NCBI GenBank assembly: GCA_035560005.1
Contig: DATMAN010000031.1
Coordinates: forward strand, 70,060 to 134,059
Length of the DNA stretch: 64,000 nucleotides
From: Burkholderiales bacterium
GTDB lineage: Bacteria > Pseudomonadota > Gammaproteobacteria > Burkholderiales > Eutrophovitaceae
Reading direction: 5' to 3'
The notes beneath the pieces were generated by a model that saw only the letters and a program-made list of their open reading frames with translations, had not been told where the DNA came from and did not search any database. Shown here piece by piece: positions 35,649 to 45,171 of the stretch; position 1 is the stretch's first letter, and every line of letters starts with the position of its first letter. The translations under genes and the position numbers were made by a program.

Positions 35649-36971
35649 TCACCGCCCGGCAATCTGTCCACGCAGCGCGGCGAAGGCCTCGTCCACGATC
35701 GCGAGCGTGCGATCCACGTCGGCATCGGTATGCGCGATCGAGATATAGAACTTCTCGTTCGGATTCACCAGCAGCCCGCGTTTGATCAGCTCGATCGACC
35801 AGCGCCAGCCCAGCTCCTTGTCCGCCGTGGTGAGATCCAGCCAGGTGCGCAACGGCTTGCGCGCGGTGAAGCGCACGCCCCATACGGCATTTTCGCCCGG
35901 CGCCTGCACAGCGAAGCCGTGGCGCTCCCCGGCTTGCACCATGCCGGAGCGCAGCCGCGCGCCGATGCGCTCCAGGTGCTGGTAGACGCCCGGCTGCGAA
36001 AGGACGTCGAGCGCCGCCAGGCCGGCGACGGCGCACACCGGGTTGCCGTTCAGCGTGTTGGTCGCCCAGACGACTTCGGCCTTCGGCCGGTTGCGCGCGT
36101 CCAGCACCGACATGATCTCGGCGCTGCCCGCGATGGCGGCCATCGGGAAGCCGCCGCTGATCGCCTTGCCGTAGCAGGCGAGGTCGGGAATCACGCCGTA
36201 GCGCTCCTGCGCCCCGCCCCAGGCGATGCGAAATCCGGTGACGATCTCGTCGAAGATCATGACGATGCGGTGCTTGCGGGTGACGTCGCGGATGGCCTGC
36301 AGAAACCCGGGCTCGGGCAGCAGCACGCGCTGCAAAGGTTCGATAATCACCGCCGCGAGATCGGCCGCATGGCGCTCGATCATCTGCACGGCGCGTTCGG
36401 TTTCGTTGAAGGGTGTGACCAGCACGGTCTGCCCGGTTTCGGGCGGCACACCCACGGAATCCGGAAGCGCACGCGGATAGTCCGACGCCGTGCCCGGCAC
36501 GGTGCCCCACAGCCCGTAGTCGTGCATGCCGTGCCACGCACCCTCGAACTTCAGCACCTGGTTGCGCCGGGTCCAGGCGCGCGCGATGCGCAGAGCGTAG
36601 AACGTCGCTTCGGTTCCGGAACCTGTGTAATGCACGACTTCTGCGCAGGGAATCGCATCGACCAGGCGTTTGGCGAGCTGGATTTCCGGCTCGTTGAGAA
36701 AGAAATAGGTCGTGCCTTTGGGCAGTTGCGCCTGCACCGCCTGCGTGATGGCCGGATGGCCATGGCCCAGCAGCGCCGGACCGGAACTCAGGTGGTAGTC
36801 GATGTACTCGCGCCCGGCGACGTCCCACACGCGGCTGCCCTGACCGCGTGCCACGACCAGGTTCAGTTCGGGCGGCAGGACGAAAAGCCCGGTGCCGCCG
36901 CCGGCGAGATAGCGGCCAGCCTGGTCGAGCAGCTCAGCCTGACGTTGTGCGGGGGTGAGGAGGTTGTCCAT
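35649..36971 (-). CDS. Class III aminotransferase (glutamate-1-semialdehyde aminomutase-like)
   Basis: GSGTEA..FDEIVTGFR..YGKAISGGFP (PLP Lys). Confidence 0.9.
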   Translation of the reverse strand: MDNLLTPAQRQAELLDQAGRYLAGGGTGLFVLPPELNLVVARGQGSRVWDVAGREYIDYHLSSGPALLGHGHPAITQAVQAQLPKGTTYFFLNEPEIQLAKRLVDAIPCAEVVHYTGSGTEATFYALRIARAWTRRNQVLKFEGAWHGMHDYGLWGTVPGTASDYPRALPDSVGVPPETGQTVLVTPFNETERAVQMIERHAADLAAVIIEPLQRVLLPEPGFLQAIRDVTRKHRIVMIFDEIVTGFRIAWGGAQERYGVIPDLACYGKAISGGFPMAAIAGSAEIMSVLDARNRPKAEVVWATNTLNGNPVCAVAGLAALDVLSQPGVYQHLERIGARLRSGMVQAGERHGFAVQAPGENAVWGVRFTARKPLRTWLDLTTADKELGWRWSIELIKRGLLVNPNEKFYISIAHTDADVDRTLAIVDEAFAALRGQIAGR

Positions 36972-37118
36972 GGGATCGATCCGTTGGCGTGACGAGTTTG
37001 AATCGGCGAGCAGCAGCGCGATTTTGCCTGCGGTGCCGCTTTTGCGCCATCCGCCGGCCGCGCCGTGGTAGGCTGTGCCTGCGTTTCACGATCCGATCCT
37101 TGCAAGGAACCCAGCGTA

Positions 37119-37580
37119 ATGAACATGCTCTTCAGCCGCTTGGCCGGCGGCTTTCTGGCGCGCCGCGCGCGCGTGCTGACCGTTTGCTCGACGTTCGCCC
37201 TCGCGCTGCCAGCGCTCGCCGATGACTCCGTGCTCGCCTGGTCCTCGAATCTGAAAAACCTCAGCGCAAAGGACGGCCGCACGCTGTTCGCGATTGCGCA
37301 CGATCTGTTTCCCAGACAGTCGTTCAGCGACGCGCGCTACACGGCCTGCATCGATGCCTTCGACGACGCCGCCGCCGACCCGGCGGAAAAGGCCGCAGCC
37401 GAGGAGGCGATGAGCCTCGTCGTGGGCGCAGCCCGGCGCATGGGCTACCACAGTTACGAGGACATCGCCGACGAGCAGGAGCGGCTGCGAATGGCCCGGA
37501 TGCTGGCCGAAGGCCGCTGGATGCGCAGATTCAAGAAGGGCATGGAGGAGTGCCTGAACGCACAGCCACAGGCGCAGTGA
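37119..37580 (+). CDS. Secreted hypothetical protein
   Basis: Signal-like N-terminus (VLTVCSTFALALPALA). Only 3 nt before the downstream MFS gene. Confidence 0.6.
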   Translation: MNMLFSRLAGGFLARRARVLTVCSTFALALPALADDSVLAWSSNLKNLSAKDGRTLFAIAHDLFPRQSFSDARYTACIDAFDDAAADPAEKAAAEEAMSLVVGAARRMGYHSYEDIADEQERLRMARMLAEGRWMRRFKKGMEECLNAQPQAQ

Positions 37581-37583
37581 GCG

Positions 37584-38849
37584 ATGCGTTCGCGAAGTGA
37601 GCATGCGCCCGCCGAACTCGGCGGCGGGCCCGGTTCGCTGACGCACGGCACGGAGTCGGCTTACGCCTGGGCACGGCTGGTGGCGGCCGTGCTGGTGTGC
37701 ACGATCGGCGGGGTGGGCATGTGGTCGGTCGTCGTCGCCCTGCCGGCGGTGCAGGCGGAGTTCGGCGTTGCGCGCGGCGATGCCTCGCTGCCTTACACGA
37801 TCACGATGATCGGCTTCGGCGTGGGCGGCATCCTCATGGGCCGGCTGTCCGATCGCCACGGAATCATGCTGCCGGTCGTGCTGGGTACCTGCGCGCTGGC
37901 GCTGGGCTACGTTCTGGCCAGCCGGGCGGCCACGCTGGGGCAGTATGCGGCCGCTCAGGGATTGCTGATCGGATTCGGCAGCTCGGCGACGTTCGCGCCC
38001 CTGATGGCGGATACCTCGTTGTGGTTCACGCGGCGCCGGGGCATCGCGGTGGCGATCTTCGCCAGCGGCAGCTACCTCGCGGGCACGGTGTGGCCGCCGG
38101 TGGTCCAGCACTTCATCGACGCCGCCGGATGGCGCCAGACCCTGATGGGCATCGCCGTGTTCTGCGTGCTCAGCGTGCTGCCGATGTCGCTGGCGCTGCG
38201 CCGCCGCGCACCGGCGATCGGACACGGTTCGCACCACGCGCATCCCTTGTCCTGGCCGGCCCGGCCGCTCGGGCTGCCGGCCGGTTCGTTGCAGGCGTTG
38301 CTCATCATCGCCGGCGTCGCCTGTTGCGTGGCAATGTCGATGCCGCAGGTTCACGTCGTGGCCTACTGCACCGATCTCGGCTACGGCGCTGCGCGCGGCG
38401 CGCAGATGCTCTCGCTCATGCTCGGTTGCGGGATCGTGAGCCGGCTTGCCTTCGGCTGGATCTCGGATCGCATCGGCGGATTGCGCACTCTGCTGCTCGG
38501 TTCGGCGTTGCAGGGCATCGCGTTGCTGCTGTTCCTGCCGTTCGACGGGCTGGTGTCGCTCTACGTCATTTCGGCCATGTTCGGCCTGTTCCAGGGCGGC
38601 ATCGTGCCCGCCTACGCCATCATCATCCGCGAATTCTTTCCACCGCGGGAAGCCGGCGTGCGCGTGGGCCTGGTGATCACCGCGACCCTGTTCGGCATGG
38701 CGTTCGGCGGCTGGTTCTCCGGCGCGATCTTCGATCTCACCGGTTCCTACGACGCCGCCTTCGTCAACGGCGTGCTGTGGAATCTGCTCAACCTGTCGAT
38801 CGCGCTCTGGCTGTTGCGGCGCTCCGTCCGGCGTCTGGCCTACGCCTGA
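37584..38849 (+). CDS. MFS transporter
   Basis: 12-TM pattern; ..GRLSDRHG.. and ..GWISDRIGG.. loop motifs. Confidence 0.85.
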   Translation: MRSRSEHAPAELGGGPGSLTHGTESAYAWARLVAAVLVCTIGGVGMWSVVVALPAVQAEFGVARGDASLPYTITMIGFGVGGILMGRLSDRHGIMLPVVLGTCALALGYVLASRAATLGQYAAAQGLLIGFGSSATFAPLMADTSLWFTRRRGIAVAIFASGSYLAGTVWPPVVQHFIDAAGWRQTLMGIAVFCVLSVLPMSLALRRRAPAIGHGSHHAHPLSWPARPLGLPAGSLQALLIIAGVACCVAMSMPQVHVVAYCTDLGYGAARGAQMLSLMLGCGIVSRLAFGWISDRIGGLRTLLLGSALQGIALLLFLPFDGLVSLYVISAMFGLFQGGIVPAYAIIIREFFPPREAGVRVGLVITATLFGMAFGGWFSGAIFDLTGSYDAAFVNGVLWNLLNLSIALWLLRRSVRRLAYA

Positions 38850-38995
38850 TGCGCTGTTCGCTCGACCGTGTTTGGGCCCAAGAGCGGGCCTTCGACAAGA
38901 AATTCGATCCCGAGAAGCTCGTTTGGCTCGACGGATACGAACGGGCGCGCACGCCGGAATCCGCCGCCTGGGCAAGGCAACGGTGCGGCGACTGA
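38849..38995 (+). CDS. Candidate 48-aa small ORF coupled to the MFS gene stop (TGATG)
   Basis: MRCSLDRVWAQERAFDKKFDPEKLVWLDGYERARTPESAAWARQRCGD. Mixed, protein-like composition. Third-position G+C about 31/41 by hand count. No homology evidence. Confidence 0.3.
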   Translation: MRCSLDRVWAQERAFDKKFDPEKLVWLDGYERARTPESAAWARQRCGD

Positions 38996-39034
38996 TCCGG
39001 CCGGATTCTTGCCGCGGGCCGGCGTGTGCCGCGA

Positions 39035-39063
39035 TTGACCCTCGCCCCGTACAAGCGTATAAA
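39035..39063 (+). promoter_or_regulatory. Sigma-70-type promoter for the cold-shock gene
   Basis: TTGACC, a 17-nt spacer, then TATAAA. This implies a 5' UTR of about 140 nt, as in cspA-type genes. Confidence 0.5.
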
Positions 39064-39210
39064 GGCGCCGCAGGATTCAAGGCTGATAGCGCAGGTTTGT
39101 CGTTGCCGCGATTGCGGTAGTAGCCCTCAAATCACGTACTCTCCTCTTGAAGTTCCCGCATTTGCCGGGCGCAAGCCCTTTTTACTCCCAATATCAGAAG
39201 GAAGACGTAG

Positions 39211-39414
39211 ATGGCGACAGGTACCGTGAAGTGGTTCAACGACGCGAAAGGTTTCGGATTCATTACTCCGGACGACGGCGGCAAGGACCTCTTCGCTCAC
39301 TTCTCCGCGATTCAAGGCGACGGTTTCAAGACGCTCAAGGAAAACCAGAAGGTGAGCTACGACAAGACCAGCGGTCCCAAGGGCGATCAGGCCACCAACA
39401 TCCGGCCGCTCTAG
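39211..39414 (+). CDS. cspA: Cold-shock protein, CspA family
   Basis: [34 protein letters not shown].. RNP1 and RNP2 motifs. Confidence 0.95.
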   Translation: MATGTVKWFNDAKGFGFITPDDGGKDLFAHFSAIQGDGFKTLKENQKVSYDKTSGPKGDQATNIRPL

Positions 39415-39468
39415 GACCCGTCGCTGGATTCGGTCTCGCGATCGGCGGGACCGATGAAGTCTTGAACG

Positions 39469-39503
39469 GAAAGCCCGGGCAGCCGGGCTTTCTGTTTTTT
39501 TTT
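39469..39503 (+). terminator. Rho-independent terminator, placed between convergent genes
   Basis: gaaagcccgg / gcag / ccgggctttc, followed by tgttttttttt. Confidence 0.85.
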
Positions 39504-39520
39504 GGCGCTCGCGGGCTGCC

Positions 39521-40495
39521 TCAATGCAGCCTGGGCTTTTTCAGGAAGTCGTTGCGGTCCGCGGAGCGCAGCCTCACCAAGAGGGAATGCCCCTGGCGCA
39601 CGAGCGTCAAGGGAACCTCCACGCCCGCCGGACCCAGCGCCCACACCTTGCGGAACAGGTCGGCCAGACCGGTGAGGCGTTGCCCCGCGACTTCCGTCAC
39701 GAGATCGCCTTGGCGCACGCCCGCGCGGTCGGCCGGCCCCCCTTCCGCTACACCGGCTACGACAAGCTGCCCGTTGGTCTCGGTCGTGTACATGCCCATC
39801 CACGGGCGCGGGCGGCGATCCGGCCTGCCCAGCGTGAGCATGTCCGGCAGGATCGGTTCCAGCAGATCGATCGGCACCATCATGTTGGCCTGCACGGCCT
39901 GACCGCCGATGACCTCTTGCACGAGCAGCGAGCCGATGCCGAGCAGCCTGCCTTCCATGCCGACCAGAGCGGTGCCGCCCCATTGCGGGTGAGCCGGCGC
40001 AGTGAACAGCGCTTCGTCGAGCACGTACTCCCAATACCCGGCGAACTCGCGTTTCTCGATCACCTTCGCTTTGAGCGCGTGAGCGCGCCCGCCTTGACCC
40101 ATGACGATCACGTCGTCGCCCACCGCACAAGCGGCCGCCGAACCACGCGCAAGGGTGGGCAGCTTGAGCTCTCCGAGCGGTTGGATGAGACCGAACCCGG
40201 TCACCTGGTCATACGCCAGCGGATAACCGGGTACCACGTCTCCGGCGTTGGTGGTCAGCCAGATCGCATGCGCCTCGGCGATCAGATAACCGATCGTGAG
40301 CACGATGCCGTCCTCGCGGATCGCCACGCCGTTGCCGACGCGCTCCGTGCCCAGAATCGAGGCGGTGAAAGCATCCTCTGGAATCTCCGCGCGCACCAAA
40401 ACCAGCGCGTTCAGCGCGGCTTCGAGATCGAAGCGCACGTCCTGCGGGTCCGGCTGCACCTCCCGGGGGAATGCCCAGTATCTCGATTCAGGCAT
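39521..40495 (-). CDS. Trypsin-fold (HtrA/S1C-like) + PDZ protein with a degenerate catalytic triad and no signal peptide
   Basis: Colinear with the HtrA core, but LTIGYLI replaces LTNNHVV, DQVTGFGLIQ replaces D...DLAVLK, and HPQWGGTALV replaces NPGNSGGPLV. PDZ region: GQLVVAGVAEGGPADRAGVRQGDLVTEV. Confidence 0.8.
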   Translation of the reverse strand: MPESRYWAFPREVQPDPQDVRFDLEAALNALVLVRAEIPEDAFTASILGTERVGNGVAIREDGIVLTIGYLIAEAHAIWLTTNAGDVVPGYPLAYDQVTGFGLIQPLGELKLPTLARGSAAACAVGDDVIVMGQGGRAHALKAKVIEKREFAGYWEYVLDEALFTAPAHPQWGGTALVGMEGRLLGIGSLLVQEVIGGQAVQANMMVPIDLLEPILPDMLTLGRPDRRPRPWMGMYTTETNGQLVVAGVAEGGPADRAGVRQGDLVTEVAGQRLTGLADLFRKVWALGPAGVEVPLTLVRQGHSLLVRLRSADRNDFLKKPRLH

Positions 40496-40609
40496 GGCGG
40501 TCTTGCGATCGGGTTGACTGACCAACGAAGGGGCCGCGAACGACCTCCTCGTGCATGATGCGCGCAGCTTAGACGAAACCGCTCAGGACGTGAACAGCGC
40601 GCGGAGGAT

Positions 40610-41932
40610 TCAGGTGGACAGCGGCCGCTCGCTCGCTCCGGTGAGCGCGGTGGCGAAGAAACGGTAGCCATTGCGACCGGCTTTCTTGGCGTGGTACATG
40701 GCGACGTCCGCATTGGCGATCAGCTCGGTCGAAGTCTTTCCGTCCGCGGGGTACACGCTGATACCGATGCTGCACGAAATCGTCAGCACGTGGCGCTCGA
40801 TCTGAAACGGCCGGGCGAGCGCTTCGAGGATCTTGCGACCGATGAGGGCCGCGTCATCGGCGCTGCTCAGAGAGCCCAGCACCACGATGAACTCGTCGCC
40901 GCCGGCGCGGGCCACCGTGTCCTCGCCTCTCACGCAGTCGGTGAGGCGCTTCGCCACGGCTTTGAGCAGCTCGTCGCCCACGTGGTGGCCGCAGTTGTCG
41001 TTGACGGGCTTGAAATTGTCGAGATCCACGAACATCAGCGCACAGGGCTTGCCGCTGCGATCGCAACGCCGCATCGCCTGCTGCATCCGGTCCTCCAGAA
41101 GCAGGCGGTTGGGCAGTCCGGTCAGGCTGTCGTAGAGCGCGATGTTGCGCAGCTGCTCGTTGGCGGCCCGCAGTGCTTCGGCATGCCGCGCGGCGTGGGC
41201 GGCGAGCTGGGTATCGAAGGCGGAGATGACCAGCGTGACGAGGAGGATCGTCACCGTGGCCGCGGCGATCAGGCCTGCGAGCACGGGATTGCTGATGCCG
41301 GTCGCCGAACCTGCGGCGAGGCACACGCTGTCGGGCGCAAAGCGCGCGGCGGCCATCCCGGTGTAGTGCATCCCCGTGATCGCCATGCCCATGACCAGCG
41401 CGCTGCCGAGTTTGGCGAGAACGGCTCCCGCGGAATGCTTCTTGCGCAACTGGAAAGCGATCCACAGCGCCGCGAGAGAAGCGCCGATCGCGATCACCAC
41501 CGAAGCGATGAACAGCACGGGGTGGTACTCGATCGGCGGCGACATGCGCATCGAGGCCATGCCGGTGTAGTGCATGCCCGAGATGCCGATGCCCATCAGG
41601 GCGGCACCCGCGGACAGATTGCCGCGGGTCATGGCCGGACGCCGAACCACGAACAGCGCGGTGCCGGACACCACGACGGCGATCAGCCACGAGAGCGTAT
41701 TGAGCCAGCCGTCGTAGGCGATCGGGATGGGCAGATGGAATGCCAGCATGCCGATGAAATGCATCGACCAGATGCCGGTGCCCATCGAAAAGGCTCCGCC
41801 CAGCAGCCACAGCCAGGAACGGCGCCCGTGCGTCTGGCTGACCCGGCTGGCCAGATCGAGCGCGGTGTAAGACGCGACGACCGCAACCGCGAGTGAAAGG
41901 GCGACGAGCTTGAGATCGTAGACTCCGACCAC
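40610..41932 (-). CDS. MHYT-domain membrane sensor diguanylate cyclase (GGDEF)
   Basis: GTG start. Three MH(F/Y)(I/T)GM repeats. GGDEF domain with RGED I-site five residues before GGDEF. Confidence 0.9.
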   Translation of the reverse strand: MVGVYDLKLVALSLAVAVVASYTALDLASRVSQTHGRRSWLWLLGGAFSMGTGIWSMHFIGMLAFHLPIPIAYDGWLNTLSWLIAVVVSGTALFVVRRPAMTRGNLSAGAALMGIGISGMHYTGMASMRMSPPIEYHPVLFIASVVIAIGASLAALWIAFQLRKKHSAGAVLAKLGSALVMGMAITGMHYTGMAAARFAPDSVCLAAGSATGISNPVLAGLIAAATVTILLVTLVISAFDTQLAAHAARHAEALRAANEQLRNIALYDSLTGLPNRLLLEDRMQQAMRRCDRSGKPCALMFVDLDNFKPVNDNCGHHVGDELLKAVAKRLTDCVRGEDTVARAGGDEFIVVLGSLSSADDAALIGRKILEALARPFQIERHVLTISCSIGISVYPADGKTSTELIANADVAMYHAKKAGRNGYRFFATALTGASERPLST

Positions 41933-42112
41933 GCCGGAGCTCCCGGTCGACTGTGCTGGCGTACGCTAGTGTCCGCCAATCGGGTAGACCGGCGCAACCT
42001 CCGGCGCCGCGGGGCACGCGCCGACGCGCTGCAACTGCCTGCTCGTCGCTCGGGCGATGACTCGCGCGGTCGGGGCGGCGGGCGGCTAGACCGGGCCGGG
42101 GCGCCGTCTCGA

Positions 42113-42140
42113 ACGGACGCCGAGCGCGCTCGGCGTCCGT
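42113..42140 (-). terminator. GC-rich perfect palindrome downstream of the 86-aa gene
   Basis: acggacgccgagcg|cgctcggcgtccgt. No clear U-tract. Confidence 0.4.
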
Positions 42141-42162
42141 GCTCCGCTTCAGCGCTGGAGGA

Positions 42163-42423
42163 TCACATCTGTCCGAAGCGCTTCTTGGCTGCCTCGATGC
42201 ACTTCTGCCTTTCGGCTGCGGCGAGCGGCTCGCACTTCTTCAGCGCGGCGAGATACTCCTGCTCGCGCTGTGCGGCATCGCTGCCCGGAGTCGGCTGCGC
42301 CTGCGGTTGCTGCTGGCCGGCCTGTCCTTCCTGGCCCGCGAAGGCGAATCCGCTCAATGCGAACGCCAGAACGCCTGCGCTCAGTGTGGAAAGCAGTCTG
42401 CTGGTCGAGCATTCCCTAGCCAT
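42163..42423 (-). CDS. Small secreted protein (86 aa) with Q/P-rich linker and C-terminal 2-Cys helix pair
   Basis: GGAGGA RBS. Signal peptide (LLSTLSAGVLAFALSGFAFA). ..YLAALKKCEPLAAAERQKCIEAAKKRFG. Confidence 0.6.
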   Translation of the reverse strand: MARECSTSRLLSTLSAGVLAFALSGFAFAGQEGQAGQQQPQAQPTPGSDAAQREQEYLAALKKCEPLAAAERQKCIEAAKKRFGQM

Positions 42424-42556
42424 GGTTGTCCTCCTCGATTGATGAGTTGATGAATCGCCGCGTCCGACTCCAGTGACCCGCTCCCTGGACGCGCGTGGCA
42501 GCCTGTGCCGGCTGCTTCATGAACGGTTAGTCCGGGTCGAACGGGACAAGTTCGGA

Positions 42557-42583
42557 GAAAAAATGTCGCCACGCGGCGACGCG
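42557..42583 (-). terminator. Rho-independent terminator after the S41 peptidase gene
   Basis: The minus strand reads gtcgcc / gcgt / ggcgac, followed by attttttct. Confidence 0.7.
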
Positions 42584-42612
42584 ACACGGCGCGCGTTCGC
42601 GCACAATGCAAG

Positions 42613-43860
42613 TCAGTGGCTGATGGCGAACGCGGATTGGCGCAGCGTTTCGATCGCGCGCGCGAGCTGCGGATCGTCGTCTTCCGATGTCCGCTCCACC
42701 GCCAGATCGGGCACGATGCCCAGGCCCTCGATCAGGCGTCCTCCCGGGGTGCGATAGCGCGCGGCGGTGAGCTTGATCGCCGCGCCGCGGACCAGCGGCA
42801 GCACGAGCTGGATCGATCCCTTTCCGAAGGTTCGCGTGCCGATCACGCGCGCGCGCCCGTGATCCTGCAGTGCGCCGGCCACGATCTCGGCGGCGGAGGC
42901 CGACTGTTCGTTCACCAGCACCGCGACGGGCATCTCCTGCAGCGCGGCGAGGAGCTCCGGCTCCGCGGCGCGCGCATGGCGCCGGGCGTCGGCGAACAGT
43001 TGCATGCGAGACTGCGGTGAGGCGCTTTCTGTGGAGACGATCAGCGCGGCGTCCTTCAGGAACAGGCTGCACACCGCGACGGCGGCCCGCAGCGATCCGC
43101 CGGGGTTGTCGCGCAAGTCGAGCACCAGGCCCTTCAGCACACCATCGCCGCGCGACGCCGCCGCGAGCGCGGCCAGCGCTTCGTGCGGCGTCCGCTGGTT
43201 GAAGACCGAGATGCCGAGGTGGCCGTATCCCGCCTCGATCCGCGCGAACTCCACGCTGCGGCTCTGCACGATCGCGCGCTCGAGCGTGAGCGTGGCGGGT
43301 CGCGCCTGCCCCCGGCGCAGCACCGTGAGCACGATGCGGCTGCCGGGTTCGCCCCGCGCGCGCCCAATCGCCTGTTCGAGGGTCCAGGCCGCGACCGGCG
43401 CCGCGTCCAGATGCGTGATCGAGTCGCCCGCTCGCAGCCCCGCTCGAAACGCCGGCGTGTCCTCGAAGACGTCGACGATGCGCAAGACCCCCTCTTCCAT
43501 GGCCACTTCGACGCCGATGCCGCCGAATACGCCGGCGGTGTCGCGCCGCAACTGATCGTACGTGGTCGCGTCGAAATATTCGGAGTGGGAATCCAGGCTC
43601 CTGACCATGCCGCGGATCGCGTTCTCGATCAGGGTGCGTTCGTCGACCGGTTCGGCGTATCGCGCCCGGATCTGCCGGAACGCCTCGACGAATTCCGTCG
43701 GCGCGACGTCGTGCGCCGGCTGCGCGCTCGCGCTGACCGGCAGGGCGAGCGCGCAAAGCACTGCGCCGAGCACCGGACGATATCCGGCGCCGCGCACCGC
43801 GGGCCGCGTGGCATCTCTCCAGCGAAAGGCAAAGCTCATGTCCGGCGAGAAGCAAGCCAT
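42613..43860 (-). CDS. S41 family carboxyl-terminal processing peptidase
   Basis: PDZ (GIGVEVAMEEGVLRIVDVFEDTPAFRAGLRAGD). LDLRDNPGG. Catalytic NEQSASAAE and TFGKG. Start is uncertain (ATG 43860 or 43839). Confidence 0.85.
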   Translation of the reverse strand: MACFSPDMSFAFRWRDATRPAVRGAGYRPVLGAVLCALALPVSASAQPAHDVAPTEFVEAFRQIRARYAEPVDERTLIENAIRGMVRSLDSHSEYFDATTYDQLRRDTAGVFGGIGVEVAMEEGVLRIVDVFEDTPAFRAGLRAGDSITHLDAAPVAAWTLEQAIGRARGEPGSRIVLTVLRRGQARPATLTLERAIVQSRSVEFARIEAGYGHLGISVFNQRTPHEALAALAAASRGDGVLKGLVLDLRDNPGGSLRAAVAVCSLFLKDAALIVSTESASPQSRMQLFADARRHARAAEPELLAALQEMPVAVLVNEQSASAAEIVAGALQDHGRARVIGTRTFGKGSIQLVLPLVRGAAIKLTAARYRTPGGRLIEGLGIVPDLAVERTSEDDDPQLARAIETLRQSAFAISH

Positions 43861-44046
43861 ACGCCCGGAGGATACCGGGGATCGCCCGCGGTCATCCAGC
43901 AATCGGCCTTCGCGCAGGGGCGGGCGTCGCACAGCGGCCCTTGTCCGCATTGGCACGGACGGCCGCCGGCCGGCGAGCGGTCTTGCGCCGTTCCCGGCGG
44001 AGCCACTTTCGCGTATCTTTGCGCCAACGCGAGAGGAGAGCCACGG

Positions 44047-45171
44047 ATGAGCCGATTGAAGGAACTGGAGCGCTTCGGGCAGTCGGTCTGGATCGATTTC
44101 ATTCGCCGCGAGTTGTTGACCGGCGGCGGACTGGAGAAGCTCGTGCGCGAGGACGGAGTCAAGGGACTGACTTCCAACCCGGCGATCTTCGAGAAGGCGA
44201 TCGGGTCCGGCGCCGAATACCGGGCGGTGCTCGCGTCGCTGTCGCGGCTGGGCGAGACCAATCCGCAGCGGGTGTACGAGACCATCGCCATCGAAGACAT
44301 CCGCATGGCCGCCGATCAGATGAGCCCCGTATTCCAGGCGACCGGCGGGCGCGACGGTTTCGTTTCGCTGGAGGTCTCTCCGAAGCTCGCTCACGACACG
44401 GCGGGCACGATCGCGGAGGCGCACCGGTTGTGGTCGGCGGTCGACCGCCCCAATCTGATGATCAAGGTGCCGGCGACTGCGGCCGGGATTCCCGCCATCG
44501 AACGGCTCATCGCCGACGGGCTGAACATCAACGTGACGCTGCTGTTCGCGGTGCCGATGTACGCCAGGGTTGTCGAAGCGTACCTCGCGGGCCTCGAGCA
44601 GCGCGCGGCCGCCGGCAAGCCGGTCGCCGGCGTGGCCAGCGTGGCGAGTTTCTTCGTGAGCCGCATCGATACCGCGATCGACGCGCAGCTTCAGGCGCGT
44701 TCCGATGCCGCGCGTTCCGACGCCGAACGCACACGGCTTCTTGCCTTGCGCGGCAAGGCGGCGATCGCCAACGCCAAGCTCGCCTATGCGCATTACAAAG
44801 CGGTGATGGCAGGGCAACGCTGGCGCGATCTCGCCCGGCGCGGCGCGCAGTCTCAGCGCTTGCTGTGGGCGAGCACCAGCACCAAGAACCCGGACTACCC
44901 GGATACCCTCTACGTGGACGAGCTGATCGGGCCCGATACGGTCAATACCATTCCGCCGGCCACGCTCGATGCCTTTCGCGATCACGGCAAGCCCGCGCCC
45001 ACCCTGGAGCGCGACCTGGAGGGTGCGCGGTCGACCCTGGCCGCGATCGCGCAAGCCGGAGTTTCGCTCGACGCCGTGACCGCGCAGTTGCTCGATGAAG
45101 GCGTGAAGCTTTTCGCCGATGCGTTCGACCGGCTGCTCGACGCGGTGAACCGCGCGCGCCAGGCCGCCTGA
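44047..45171 (+). CDS. tal: Transaldolase
   Basis: GQSVWIDFIRR..TSNPAIF..GFVSLEVSP..MIKVPAT (Schiff-base Lys)..NVTLLF. Confidence 0.9.
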   Translation: MSRLKELERFGQSVWIDFIRRELLTGGGLEKLVREDGVKGLTSNPAIFEKAIGSGAEYRAVLASLSRLGETNPQRVYETIAIEDIRMAADQMSPVFQATGGRDGFVSLEVSPKLAHDTAGTIAEAHRLWSAVDRPNLMIKVPATAAGIPAIERLIADGLNINVTLLFAVPMYARVVEAYLAGLEQRAAAGKPVAGVASVASFFVSRIDTAIDAQLQARSDAARSDAERTRLLALRGKAAIANAKLAYAHYKAVMAGQRWRDLARRGAQSQRLLWASTSTKNPDYPDTLYVDELIGPDTVNTIPPATLDAFRDHGKPAPTLERDLEGARSTLAAIAQAGVSLDAVTAQLLDEGVKLFADAFDRLLDAVNRARQAA

